Origin: Candidatus Binatia bacterium
GTDB lineage: Bacteria > Desulfobacterota > Binatia > Bin18
DNA: 64,000 nt
Direction of reading: 5' to 3'
NCBI GenBank assembly: GCA_963666315.2
Contig: CAXXHG010000003.1
Coordinates: 8,134-72,133, forward strand
The notes beneath the pieces are model-generated. The model saw only the letters and a list, made by a program, of their open reading frames with translations. It was not told where the DNA came from and ran no database searches. The position numbers and the translations under genes were made by a program. Below, one piece after another: positions 1-9,847 of the stretch. How positions within the stretch are numbered: the stretch's first letter is position 1; every line of letters starts with the position of its first letter.

Positions 1-538
1 GAGACACCCTCTTTGCTAAACCTCCACATGTCGTCATAGAAAAAACTCGGCTATGTCAGGAGCTCGGCGTCAAGCCGCAGATAGCAGTATATTCTGATGG
101 CGATGTGGACAATGCGGACCGCTATTTGATTAAAACCGGCTTACTGGAGAAACCTTACTTCTGGATTATTCTCCCAACGCTGCCCGGGGGCAGCGTTGGG
201 AGAATAATCCCAGACAGATGGTCAGGGGTATCATGCACCTGACTGACCTGATCTATGACATTGACCGCGACTCGGAAATTGTTGTCTGTGCTGCTGGCCG
301 GGCGTCGAGCTATCTGGCTATCCAAGCCATGATCTTAGGCCTGCACGTCCGTGTTGGCATGGAAGACACCGTCTGGCGACACCCTCACCAGGACGCCCTC
401 ATCCAATCAAATGCCGACCATTTTCGTATGTTCAAGTCGATTGCCGAGCTCATGGGGCGTGAGGTCGCGACCGGAGATGAGTACAGGCGCTTAGTCGGCG
501 TGCCCACGCGCGGTGATAGTGCTCCGGCGACTGCATAA
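1..538 (+). CDS. 3-keto-5-aminohexanoate cleavage (BKACE/DUF849) family protein, 5'-partial, apparent frameshift near 195
   Basis: C-terminal ORF has GLHVRVGMEDT and GREVAT motifs. The frame starting at base 3 reads DTLFAKPPHVVIEKTRLCQELGVKPQIAVY...PTLPGG, a different frame from ORF 218..538. Confidence 0.7.
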
Positions 539-655
539 GACAGACGATCAGTAGTTGGGGGCTCGCTTCAGACTCGTGTAACAATGAGTGATGAAGAAGA
601 CTCCAGCAACTGACCGCCAGTGGACGAACGCGTGTCGTAGTGATTTGGACTGATT

Positions 656-1618
656 ATGCAAGAACTTTACTCTCGTGTGGTAGATCACTTCGTTGGCCGG
701 CGTCACGAAACGCGGATGATTGTGGCAGCTTTGTTGGGCGGGCGGCATGTGATGCTTGAGGGCCCCCCGGGTACCTCAAAATCGACAATCCTCAAAAGCG
801 TCGTGCAGGAAATGGGTATCCCTTTTATCCAGGTGACGGGCAATAGCGATTTGACCTCGACAAAACTTCTGGGTCACTTCGACCCTGCCCAAGTGCTGTC
901 AAAAGGATACAAGCCGGAACATTTCGAGTACGGTCCTCTGACGCAGGCCATGAAAGAAGGGGCGATTCTGTATGTGGAGGAATTTAACCGGCTGCCGGAC
1001 GATACCACCAATGTCTTTATTACTGCCACCTCAGAGCGTGAGCTGACCCTCCCGTATCTTGGCTGTGTGGTGGCGAAACCCGAGTTCCGTGTGGTTGCTG
1101 CGTTAAACCCCTATGACGATGCAGGTACAGCGAGGGTAAGCCGGGCGCTCAGAGATCGTTTCTGCTCGATCCGAATGGACTATCAGAACCGAGATGAAGA
1201 GGTCGATATTGTCAAACGGCACACAGACCAGGGTAACCTGGGCCTGGTAGCTACGGCAATGGAAATGACCCGACGCACAAGAACCCACAAGGATATTCGG
1301 CTGGGTGCTTCGGTTCGAGGAGCTATTGATCTGGTTCTTATTGCCTGCCAGCTGCTCGGCTCTCCGGACGGAGCAGGGACGGAACGTACCCACCTGGTTT
1401 TCTCTTCTGCGTTAATGGCGCTCCGGGACAAAATTTGGCTGAATGAAACCACGAGCCGGACGCAAGAGGAAATTATTCAGGAGATCTGGCAGAGTCTGGC
1501 CGAAGAATGGCACACTCCGGATGGTGAGTTTTGGGAATTAGGTGACCCCGACGAGTTAAAAAAAAGCCCACGGCTCAATCGGCCTCATAGCTCCGGGACC
1601 GTTACATCTGGAAGATGA
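656..1618 (+). CDS. MoxR-family AAA+ ATPase
   Basis: Walker A EGPPGTSKS, Walker B LYVEEFNR, sensor ALNP, ALRDRF, GASVRGAI lid motif. Confidence 0.9.
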   Translation: MQELYSRVVDHFVGRRHETRMIVAALLGGRHVMLEGPPGTSKSTILKSVVQEMGIPFIQVTGNSDLTSTKLLGHFDPAQVLSKGYKPEHFEYGPLTQAMKEGAILYVEEFNRLPDDTTNVFITATSERELTLPYLGCVVAKPEFRVVAALNPYDDAGTARVSRALRDRFCSIRMDYQNRDEEVDIVKRHTDQGNLGLVATAMEMTRRTRTHKDIRLGASVRGAIDLVLIACQLLGSPDGAGTERTHLVFSSALMALRDKIWLNETTSRTQEEIIQEIWQSLAEEWHTPDGEFWELGDPDELKKSPRLNRPHSSGTVTSGR

Positions 1619-1631
1619 AGCCGAAGAGGGG

Positions 1632-2660
1632 ATGACCCAGCGACCGGCTCCCCAACGCATTCTGAGCGAGAGCGAGCACAGGCTGCTTGCCCATCATCCG
1701 GGCACCCCGGAGGATCACCACCATTATCTCGATGCCCCGCTTGATCGTGAGGCGGACGAGCTGCTCAGCCAGGGTACGCTTGACGACGTCGTTTCCCTAG
1801 CCGAGGTAGCCCCCACCCGCGTCGCGCAAATCATGGGCCGGCATCGTCTTGTCCTTAATCGTCTCTCACACCATCCCTCGTATAAAAAACTGCTCACCCT
1901 GACCTGGGATACTCTCGATGCAGAGACCCGGGAGCAACACCTGGACCGTATGGTCCGCCTCCTTTTAAAAATGGCGCGTGTTGCAGTCCCCCGGAGGTCC
2001 CGCCGAGATGGGAAGCTTGAATCTGCTCGGTATCGATTTCACTCCGATGAACTTGACCTTGAAGCGTCTTTGGATCGGATGCTCTCCTCGCCATTCGCCT
2101 TACACCATTCAGCGCCGGCAGATTATGCAGATCTGGTAGTCAAGGAACGCACCCTTCGCCATCGGGCTTATATGCTGATGCTGGACAAGAGCCGCTCAAT
2201 GCGTGGGTCCAAAGCCGTATCGGCAGCGCTGATAGCAGCCACATTGCTGCTGAACCTTCTGCCTGAAGATGAATGGGGGGCAGTTGCTTTTTCGGATGAG
2301 GGGCATGTGGTCCGGGCAGTTGGCACGCGGAGGGTTCAAGAGGAAATAATCCAGGAGATCTTGGGCATGGAATCAGAAGGATGCACTGATGTGGCCTGCG
2401 GGCTGGAAACAGGACTGGAAGAGCTTAGCAGAGCACGGGTCCATGACCACATTGGTATTCTGGTCACTGATGGCTGGCTGAACACTGGCCCCGATCCTCT
2501 CTCCCTCGCCCGACAATTCACTTGTTTGCACGTTATTGAGCTTCCTGGCGGTGATCCAGCGATGTGCACTCGTCTGGCTCAGGTCGGTCGGGGAACCGTC
2601 GTTCGGGTGCGCGAGCTAGAGGAAATCCCCCGTGCGGTGCGGCGGTGTTTGTCGTGGTAG
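1632..2660 (+). CDS. VWA domain protein, MoxR partner (frame is open from 1560)
   Basis: MIDAS motif LDKSRSM, GCTDV, LVTDG. Lies directly downstream of the MoxR gene. Confidence 0.88.
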   Translation: MTQRPAPQRILSESEHRLLAHHPGTPEDHHHYLDAPLDREADELLSQGTLDDVVSLAEVAPTRVAQIMGRHRLVLNRLSHHPSYKKLLTLTWDTLDAETREQHLDRMVRLLLKMARVAVPRRSRRDGKLESARYRFHSDELDLEASLDRMLSSPFALHHSAPADYADLVVKERTLRHRAYMLMLDKSRSMRGSKAVSAALIAATLLLNLLPEDEWGAVAFSDEGHVVRAVGTRRVQEEIIQEILGMESEGCTDVACGLETGLEELSRARVHDHIGILVTDGWLNTGPDPLSLARQFTCLHVIELPGGDPAMCTRLAQVGRGTVVRVRELEEIPRAVRRCLSW

Positions 2661-2682
2661 TAGCATTGTTTCACCCGTGTAG

Positions 2683-3138
2683 GTGGTGACACCAATGATA
2701 CAATACATGACAATTGGAGTGCTTCTGTGGTTGGTCCTCTGGTCCGCCACAGCTTCCGCTCAGATGCAACACAGCGGCCCTCCCCCGCTCGTGCGCTTTA
2801 CCGGCTCCTTGCTGCCCCTAGAAGAGAAGGAGCGGAGTCATCTTCCCTCCCTCACCGTCTTCATGCGGGGAGAAAGATTAATCTTCAGGATTGCAAAGGT
2901 GCAGAAACTCACAGGCCCCAGCCCTAATGGCTGGCGGCTCGTTTGGGCTCTCTTTCCTCCTCAGGTGCGTTTTTTAGGTCCTGAAAGGCTCATCTCTCTT
3001 CTGCAGGAGCCAGAAATCATGGGCAAACGGCTCAGCATTGAAGGCCGTCTCTACATTGGAAGCGGAACGTTCTTTGTCCAGAGCGTGGAGGGGGCTAGAG
3101 AAAAACCTCAATGGCTAAAACCTGAAGGATTCCTGTGA
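2683..3138 (+). CDS. Hypothetical exported protein
   Basis: 151-aa ORF with hydrophobic N-terminus ending ATASA, signal-peptide-like. Confidence 0.6.
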   Translation: MVTPMIQYMTIGVLLWLVLWSATASAQMQHSGPPPLVRFTGSLLPLEEKERSHLPSLTVFMRGERLIFRIAKVQKLTGPSPNGWRLVWALFPPQVRFLGPERLISLLQEPEIMGKRLSIEGRLYIGSGTFFVQSVEGAREKPQWLKPEGFL

Positions 3139-3281
3139 GCTGCAGCTGCACAACAGACTGGGAATCGATAATTGCCGCAGAGGGTTCAGGAGCACGCCCG
3201 GTTTGCACGCGGATCTGTTGGCGCAAGCAGCTATGGAACTCTTCCCACAGGCCACTCTGCCGCTAGGTCCGGAAGTAAAAA

Positions 3282-3308
3282 ATAGGGGCGAGATCACCTC
3301 GCCCCTAC
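3282..3308. repeat. GTAG-type REP palindrome
   Basis: ATAGGGGCGAGATCACCTCGCCCCTAC, between convergent genes. Confidence 0.7.
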
Positions 3309-3329
3309 TACGAACTCTCAAACTGACCG

Positions 3330-3812
3330 CTATTTTTTCAGCGATTCCTGGAACGACTGGGCTGATTTGTCAGCGACCCGATCAGCAATTTCGGCAGAAC
3401 GTGCGGCGTCCTCCGCAGCCATCATGGCACTTTCCGCAGCGGCCCGCGCCTCTGCAGCCGCGGCTAGTGCTTCCTCAAGAGCGCGGCGGGACGCGCCCGA
3501 ATCAACTGGCGCTGGTGGAGCAGCAGCCTGCATCGAAGGTGCCGTACCGCCAACTTGGTGCATTTGCTCATCAAAATCAAAAGGATGCATGCTATGGCCA
3601 AAAACGGGCTCTAAGTCCCGTTGCGACACCAGCGCATGTAGGGGTCGGGTTACAAGCCATTCGACCACATAGCCTGCGGCATGCAGTGGGTAGGATACGA
3701 TGCGCAGCGGATGGGTATCCTCAAAATCGTCATAATAGTCGTTGGCGGTCGCCAGAGGAGCAGTCAGAAACACTACTGCCACTACCGCCACCACCTGTCT
3801 TTTCCACATCAT
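3330..3812 (-). CDS. Hypothetical exported protein with Ala-rich coiled-coil C-terminus
   Basis: Signal peptide ending LATA, GGAGGA RBS upstream, alanine-zipper-like tail. Confidence 0.75.
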   Translation of the reverse strand: MMWKRQVVAVVAVVFLTAPLATANDYYDDFEDTHPLRIVSYPLHAAGYVVEWLVTRPLHALVSQRDLEPVFGHSMHPFDFDEQMHQVGGTAPSMQAAAPPAPVDSGASRRALEEALAAAAEARAAAESAMMAAEDAARSAEIADRVADKSAQSFQESLKK

Positions 3813-3860
3813 CGGGGTTTCCTCCTCTCCGACGTATTCATTTTCTTTACCTTATCGACT

Positions 3861-4034
3861 CTACTCCTCTTGGGTTGACCTCTCAACCTCTTGGCGCGTC
3901 TCTCGCCGGGCAGTGGTACGACGGTATTTTTTCTCATCCTCCTTGCGACGCATCGGTGGCGGAAGCTCCTTGCGCACCCGGCGCAGCGCTTCGAGTTGAG
4001 AGACAGAACGAGGTGTGTTCTTCTTCTGTGGCAT
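3861..4034 (-). CDS. 57-aa basic small protein (not in the ORF track)
   Basis: MPQKKNTPRSVSQLEALRRVRKELPPPMRRKEDEKKYRRTTARRETRQEVERSTQEE, with GAGGAGG RBS about 10 nt upstream of the ATG. Confidence 0.7.
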   Translation of the reverse strand: MPQKKNTPRSVSQLEALRRVRKELPPPMRRKEDEKKYRRTTARRETRQEVERSTQEE

Positions 4035-4095
4035 ACGTAGCCTGCCTCCTCATGCAGTATCGGGACGGCCATACAATTCTAGGATTGCTTCGCCC

Positions 4096-5076
4096 CTAGC
4101 GCGTAGCGTTCAGGACTCGCGCAGCCTCCTGGGCAAAATACGTCAAGATGAGGTCAGCCCCGGCCCGCTTAATACTCGTCAAGGCTTCGAGCATAACGCG
4201 CTCTCCGTCCAACCAGCCATTCAACGCAGCGGCTTTGAGCATGGCGTACTCTCCACTCACTTGATACGCCGCAACAGGACAATCAAATCGTTCTTTTACC
4301 CGCCGGATAATATCGAGATAGGGCAGAGCCGGCTTCACCATGACAATATCCGCGCCTTCCTCAATATCGAGAGCCACCTCTCGTACGGCTTCATCTCCGT
4401 TCGGCGGGTCCATTTGATACGAACGGCGATCGCCAAACTGTGGCGTAGATTCCGCTGCTTCGCGGAAAGGTCCGTAAAAGCCCGAAGCAAATTTCGCCGA
4501 GTAGGCCATGATCGGGATGTGTGGATAGCCTTCCTGGTCGAGACCTTGTCGGATGGCGCCAACACGGCCGTCCATCATGTCAGACGGGGCAACCATGTCC
4601 GCTCCGGCACGCACGTGCGACAGCGATTCTTTGACTAAAATCTGTAGGGTCGCATCGTTATCAACGTCGTTGCCTTTAATAATACCGCAGTGACCGTGAT
4701 CGGTGTACTCGCAAAAACACACATCGGTAATAAGCGTCAGCCCTGGCACGTCTTCTTTGAGGGCGCGCAGCGCGCGTTGGATAATCCCATCGTCGTTGTA
4801 GGCATCAGATCCAACCGCGTCTTTTTCGTCTGGAATGCCGAACAAGATCACACCCGGAACACCGAGATCTTGAATGGATTTACATTCTTCCACAGCTCGA
4901 TCAACGGAGAACTGGGAGATACCGGGCATAGTCCCAATCGGGTTTTCCACTCCTGAGCCCGGAACAATGAACAGCGGCATAATGAGGTCGTCCACACTGA
5001 GATGAGTTTCTCTCACCATTCGACGCAGGTTCTCATTTCGTCGCAGCCGGCGTGGTCTCTGAGCGGGAAAGGACAT
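4096..5076 (-). CDS. hemB: Porphobilinogen synthase
   Basis: [44 protein letters not shown]. Confidence 0.97.
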   Translation of the reverse strand: MSFPAQRPRRLRRNENLRRMVRETHLSVDDLIMPLFIVPGSGVENPIGTMPGISQFSVDRAVEECKSIQDLGVPGVILFGIPDEKDAVGSDAYNDDGIIQRALRALKEDVPGLTLITDVCFCEYTDHGHCGIIKGNDVDNDATLQILVKESLSHVRAGADMVAPSDMMDGRVGAIRQGLDQEGYPHIPIMAYSAKFASGFYGPFREAAESTPQFGDRRSYQMDPPNGDEAVREVALDIEEGADIVMVKPALPYLDIIRRVKERFDCPVAAYQVSGEYAMLKAAALNGWLDGERVMLEALTSIKRAGADLILTYFAQEAARVLNATR

Positions 5077-5105
5077 GGTCTATACCTCCAAACAATGCGT
5101 TCTCG

Positions 5106-5134
5106 GTAGGCGCAACCACTTAAATTGCCCCTAC
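5106..5134. repeat. GTAG-type REP palindrome overlapping the cobA/hemD stop
   Basis: GTAGGCGCAACCACTTAAATTGCCCCTAC. Confidence 0.6.
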
Positions 5135-6654
5135 TTCTGATAATACTCCACAATCGCCTCAGCAAAAGCCGGGATAGTATAGTCGTGGGGTTGGATGGTC
5201 ACGGTCAAACCATATTCCTGCGCAGTAGCGGCAGTGATGGGCCCGATACAGCCTATCCGTGTTTTTCCGAGCAAGGCTGAGACATCCTCTCCTGGGAAGC
5301 TGACAACAAAGTTTCGGACCGTGCTGGAGCTGGTAAAAGTGAGAAGATCAATGTGGTCAGCCTGGAGCAAAGAGCGAAACCTGTCGTCTCGATTTTTTGG
5401 TTGGCTCGGTTGAATCGTTCGATAGGTCGCGATCTCGTCAACGTGTGCGCCAATCGCTCGCAGCTCTTGAGGGAGAATCGCGCGCGCCTCAGCTGCACGC
5501 GGCAACAAGATGCGCTGCGCCTTTTGTACTCCAAGCACTTCGATGAGAGCCTCTGCCCGATATTCTTGGGGCATCGCATCTATGCGCAGGTGTCGCGCTT
5601 CGATTGCACGCGCTGTTTCCGGACCAATGGCCGCAATGCGGACACTGCCCAAACTACGGATATCCAGCTGTCGCTCTTGCAGCCGGCCAAAGAAATAGCG
5701 CACCCCATTCACACTGGTGAAGATAAGCCAGTCATAACTCGTTACTGTGTCGAGTGCGACATCTAGCGCAGCGTACGAATCCATCCGGACGGTCTCGATG
5801 GTGGGGAAGCGGAAGACTTCCGCACCGTGTTGTTCAAGCAGATCAGCAAAACGACTCGCCTGGGCCCGCGGGCGCGTGACAACAATGCGCTTGCCAAAGA
5901 GCGGTTTCGACTCGAACCATTGCAGTCGCTCACGTAAGCGCACCACATCGCCAACAACGATAACCGCGGGAGGTTCAAAGCCGCGCTCCGCCGCCTGATC
6001 GGCAATCGTGCCGACTGTTCCTGTCAGGACCTCCTGGTCGGCCTTAGTTCCCCACCGAATCAGCGCAATCGGCGTCTCAGCCGGCAGGCCAAACTGCAGC
6101 AGGCGCTGCATATTGTTTCGCAGCTGACGGGTGCCCATAAGAAAGACCAGCGTCCCACCCACTCCGGCCAGGGTTGCCCAATTCAGATGCGGCGCATTGT
6201 CCCACACCTCTTTATGGCCGGAGACAATGGCTACGGCTGATGCATAATCCCGGTGCGTTAAGGGAATGCCCGCATAGGCAGGCACGGCAAGCGCTGACGT
6301 GACGCCGGGAACAATTTCAAATGAGACGTTCGCCGCCACTAACTCTTCGGCTTCTTCTCCCCCTCGGCCGAATAGCACGGGATCTCCGCCCTTGAGTCGG
6401 GTGACGACTTTCCCTTGCGAGGCATGTTCGATCATGAGCTGATTAATCGTCTTTTGCGAAGCCGTACTGTCCCCGCCCCTTTTCCCAGCATCCACCAAGG
6501 TTGCCTCAGGGCGGGTGAAATCGAGCAGGCGCGTATCAACCAGATAGTCATATATCACCACGTCCGCCTCTTCGAGGCAGCGCTGGCCTTTGCGCGTAAG
6601 TAACCCAGGATCTCCCGGACCCGCGCCAACGAGATAGACTTTTCCGGTAGGCAT
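5131..6654 (-). CDS. cobA: Uroporphyrinogen-III methyltransferase / synthase fusion (CobA-HemD)
   Basis: VYLVGAGPGDPGLLT, RLKGGDP, GRGGEE, then HemD domain (PLFGKRIVVTRP, FTSVNGV, FTSSSTV). Confidence 0.95.
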   Translation of the reverse strand: MPTGKVYLVGAGPGDPGLLTRKGQRCLEEADVVIYDYLVDTRLLDFTRPEATLVDAGKRGGDSTASQKTINQLMIEHASQGKVVTRLKGGDPVLFGRGGEEAEELVAANVSFEIVPGVTSALAVPAYAGIPLTHRDYASAVAIVSGHKEVWDNAPHLNWATLAGVGGTLVFLMGTRQLRNNMQRLLQFGLPAETPIALIRWGTKADQEVLTGTVGTIADQAAERGFEPPAVIVVGDVVRLRERLQWFESKPLFGKRIVVTRPRAQASRFADLLEQHGAEVFRFPTIETVRMDSYAALDVALDTVTSYDWLIFTSVNGVRYFFGRLQERQLDIRSLGSVRIAAIGPETARAIEARHLRIDAMPQEYRAEALIEVLGVQKAQRILLPRAAEARAILPQELRAIGAHVDEIATYRTIQPSQPKNRDDRFRSLLQADHIDLLTFTSSSTVRNFVVSFPGEDVSALLGKTRIGCIGPITAATAQEYGLTVTIQPHDYTIPAFAEAIVEYYQK

Positions 6655-6711
6655 AATAGTCCTGAGCTAGAGGCACCGAACGTAGAAAGTCGCCAGGCAA
6701 ATAGTCAACGC

Positions 6712-7638
6712 TTACCCCTCCTGTGCCAGGCGCTCTAAAATTTCCTGTCCCCCTTGGACCAATAAGCGTTCGGCCAGCCTCATTCCAACCTGTTCTGCTG
6801 TCTCGCTTGCGCCTACTTCCTGCCCGCGGATAACACGTTGTCCATCGGGGCTGGCAATCAGCGCTGAGAGTGTAACAGACGCATTGTGTACCGTACCTTT
6901 GGCCGCCAGCGGAGTCCGGCAACTGCCACCCGTCCGGCGCAAAAATGCGCGTTCGGCTATTACCGCCAGCGCGGTCTCAACATGGTGGAGCGGCTGCAGC
7001 AGCTCTTCGACTTCAGGCTCTCCTCGGGTTTCAATGCCCAGCGCGCCCTGGCCAATGGCAGGCAAGAATATCTGATCATCAAGGACATGGCTGCGCTCGG
7101 GCATTATACCCAGGCGCGCTAAGCCAGCGGCAGCCAGGATAGTCGCATCGACTACGCCTTCACGTTGCTTGCGCAGGCGCGTATCCACATTGCCCCGCAG
7201 CATCTCAATACGCAGCCCAGGCCGGAGATGCAAGACTAAGGCCTGACGCCGTAAGCTGCTTGTTCCCAGCCGCGTTCCATCCGGCAACTCGTCCAGCGTT
7301 TCTCCATTGCGGGTAATCAGGACATCCCGGTGGTCTTCTCGCTGCGGAATGACACTAAGAGTGAGTCCATCCAGCAAATCTGTGGGGACATCTTTGACCG
7401 AATGGACCGCTAAATCCACCGTCCCGGCGAGCAGGGCTTCTTCAATTTCCTTAACGAACAGGCCCTTTCCACCAATACGAGACAGGGCAATATTCTGGAT
7501 CTTGTCGCCCGATGTCTGTACGGGCATCAGCTCGACTGTCAGGCCTGGCCAGCGCTGTTCGAGCTGGTCTTTCACCCAGTTGGCTTGCCACAATGCCAGC
7601 GCGCTCCTTCTCGTCCCAATCCGAATTGTTTTTCGCAT
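6712..7638 (-). CDS. hemC: Hydroxymethylbilane synthase
   Basis: IGTRRSALALWQA, GKGLFVKE, AVHSVKD, GTSSLRR, GGSCRTP. Start placed at ATG 7638. Confidence 0.96.
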   Translation of the reverse strand: MRKTIRIGTRRSALALWQANWVKDQLEQRWPGLTVELMPVQTSGDKIQNIALSRIGGKGLFVKEIEEALLAGTVDLAVHSVKDVPTDLLDGLTLSVIPQREDHRDVLITRNGETLDELPDGTRLGTSSLRRQALVLHLRPGLRIEMLRGNVDTRLRKQREGVVDATILAAAGLARLGIMPERSHVLDDQIFLPAIGQGALGIETRGEPEVEELLQPLHHVETALAVIAERAFLRRTGGSCRTPLAAKGTVHNASVTLSALIASPDGQRVIRGQEVGASETAEQVGMRLAERLLVQGGQEILERLAQEG

Positions 7639-7671
7639 GCCTCTAAGACAGAATATCACAGCTGCGGGTGG

Positions 7672-9033
7672 CTAGTCTTCGTCCTCATCGAGCCCGAAGA
7701 TTTGACGAAAGGCGTGGGCAGAGACAATCTCACCCGCTTGCTCAGTTTGCTCAGTGTGTCCATTCTGCTGAGCGGGCGCCCGCACAGAGCGCCCCGGCTC
7801 AGTGCGCGTCTGCCGATTCCTGCGCTTGAGATAGGCGAGTGGAGGATGCAGCAGCTTATTCGTAATGGAACGGCTCAAGGCCTCGACGCCTTCTTTTACC
7901 TGCGGGGGAAGCTCCTTGAGCGTAGCCAGAGTTTTCTCTACCTCACGCTGCCGTACCAGCTCAGCCTGCTCCCGCAATGCCACAATGGTTGGCGTAACTT
8001 CAAGATTTGAGAACCAGCGCCAGAAACTTTCAACTTCCTCGGCAATAATCGCTTCGGCCTTGACAGCTTCAAGCTGCCGCTCGCCTTTGTTATCCTCGAC
8101 GACCTGTTCAAGATCATCAATGTCGTACAAAAAGACATTATCCAGACCGTTGAGGCGTGGATCAAAATTACGCGGTACACCCAAATCAATGAGAAACATT
8201 GGGCTGCGTTTGCGCTCCCGCAGCGCATCTTCAATCATACCCGAGTGCAAGAGATAGTGCGGGCTGCCGGCGGAACCGATAACGACGTCTGCCAAATGGA
8301 GGTGTTTTTCAAGCTGGTCGAACGGTACCACCGTGCCATTACAGGTTCGGGCGAGTTCAACAGCACGTCGAAAGGTTCGATTTGTAACCAGGATGGTCCC
8401 GACCCCGCGGCCGCGCAAATGGCGCACGGCTTGCTCGCCCATCTCTCCGACACCGATGACCATGGCGGTCTTATCTTCCAACCGATCAAAAACCGCACAG
8501 GCCAGATCAATAGCCGCAGAGCTGACTGAGACAGCCTTGGCCGCAATTGCGGTCTCCGTACGCACCCGCTTGGCAACGGAAAACGACTTGTGGAAGCAAC
8601 GATGTAAGACAGTGCCTAATGTCCCGAGTGAAGACGAGGCAGCATAGGCGTCTTTCATCTGGCCGAGAATTTGGGGTTCACCAACAACGAGGGAATCCAG
8701 ACTCGAAGCGACCCGAAACAAATGACGGACCGCGTCCCGGTTGACATGCGTGTAGAGATAATCCTCGAAGTGCGACCGCGTGACCTGTTTCTCTGCAGCT
8801 AAGAAGTTACGGATTTTTTCATTAGCCGTATCGAGGTTCGGCGTGCGCGCGATAATTTCGACACGATTACAGGTTGAAAGGATCGCTCCCTCGCGAATCG
8901 TCTCGGTGTCGACCAACCGAGCCAGGGCGCCGTCTAACGCGTCATCACTGAAAACAAACTGCTCGCGGAGCTCTACGGGCGTAGCGTGATGGTTTAGACC
9001 AACAACCATGAGTGAGGTCGCAGGATTAGCCAA
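7672..9033 (-). CDS. hemA: Glutamyl-tRNA reductase
   Basis: LSTCNRVE, SLVVGEPQILGQ, DLGVPRN. Probable TTG start at 9033 with GGAGG RBS. Confidence 0.95.
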   Translation of the reverse strand: MANPATSLMVVGLNHHATPVELREQFVFSDDALDGALARLVDTETIREGAILSTCNRVEIIARTPNLDTANEKIRNFLAAEKQVTRSHFEDYLYTHVNRDAVRHLFRVASSLDSLVVGEPQILGQMKDAYAASSSLGTLGTVLHRCFHKSFSVAKRVRTETAIAAKAVSVSSAAIDLACAVFDRLEDKTAMVIGVGEMGEQAVRHLRGRGVGTILVTNRTFRRAVELARTCNGTVVPFDQLEKHLHLADVVIGSAGSPHYLLHSGMIEDALRERKRSPMFLIDLGVPRNFDPRLNGLDNVFLYDIDDLEQVVEDNKGERQLEAVKAEAIIAEEVESFWRWFSNLEVTPTIVALREQAELVRQREVEKTLATLKELPPQVKEGVEALSRSITNKLLHPPLAYLKRRNRQTRTEPGRSVRAPAQQNGHTEQTEQAGEIVSAHAFRQIFGLDEDED

Positions 9034-9847
9034 ATTCGCCTCCATGCCGACCGGGAAAAAACTGAACCCCAACAAAAGAGACGACCAATATCGCAAAGCA
9101 TACGATGGTCAGTGTTGCCGCACGCCGGCCGCGCCAACCCACACTCCGGTAGTGCAGCAGCAGCGCATACAGGATCCACGTCAGTACGGATAGGACCAGT
9201 CGAGGCTCCCAGATCCAGAATTGGCCCCAGGCATATTCTGCCCAGACCGCACCACTCAACAGCCCCAGCGTGAGGAGCAAGAATCCCCAGGCGAGCGAGT
9301 GATAGTTTAAATTATCGAGCGTTTCGAGCGAAGGAAGACGGCGTAAAAAAGACGGCGCCCGTTTTAGTTTGAGCTGTTTTTCCTGCACGATATAAACGAC
9401 GCTGGCACTAAAAGCGACCACAAAGACGGCATAGCCGAGAAAGGCGGCAGTGACGTGGATCGGCAACCACGCGCTTTGTAGAGCCGGCGGCAGCGCACGG
9501 ACCTGGGTATAAAAAACATACACGCCAAGAGTCAGCATAAAGCCCAACGGACTGACAATGGCCCCCAAAATAGACACCGGCAGCCGCCACTGCACCAGTA
9601 GCCCCATACCCGCCGTCAGGCAGGCAAAAAAGGAGATCGCCTCATACACGTTGGTTACTGCAATATACCCAATGGCAAGAGAACGGACAGCGATCGCCCC
9701 GACATGGCAGACAAAGGCAATCAGTAAGCAACCGGGCGCCATCACCCGCACGATGGGCCGAGCCGACACCAAGGCAGAGACAAAGCCTACCGTACTCAAC
9801 AGATAAAACAGCAAGGTAACTGTGAGGAGCCAGACTTCCATCGTCAC
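9026..9847 (-). CDS. ccsA: Cytochrome c biogenesis CcsA/HemX-family membrane protein
   Basis: Multiple TM helices, WLPIHV, GAVWAEYAWGQFWIWEPR (WWD-like motif). Confidence 0.88.
   Translation of the reverse strand: MTMEVWLLTVTLLFYLLSTVGFVSALVSARPIVRVMAPGCLLIAFVCHVGAIAVRSLAIGYIAVTNVYEAISFFACLTAGMGLLVQWRLPVSILGAIVSPLGFMLTLGVYVFYTQVRALPPALQSAWLPIHVTAAFLGYAVFVVAFSASVVYIVQEKQLKLKRAPSFLRRLPSLETLDNLNYHSLAWGFLLLTLGLLSGAVWAEYAWGQFWIWEPRLVLSVLTWILYALLLHYRSVGWRGRRAATLTIVCFAILVVSFVGVQFFPGRHGGEFG

Noticed and set aside
3203-4099. 298-aa plus-strand ORF
   Set aside because: Antisense shadow of two minus-strand genes that have good RBSs. No recognisable motifs.
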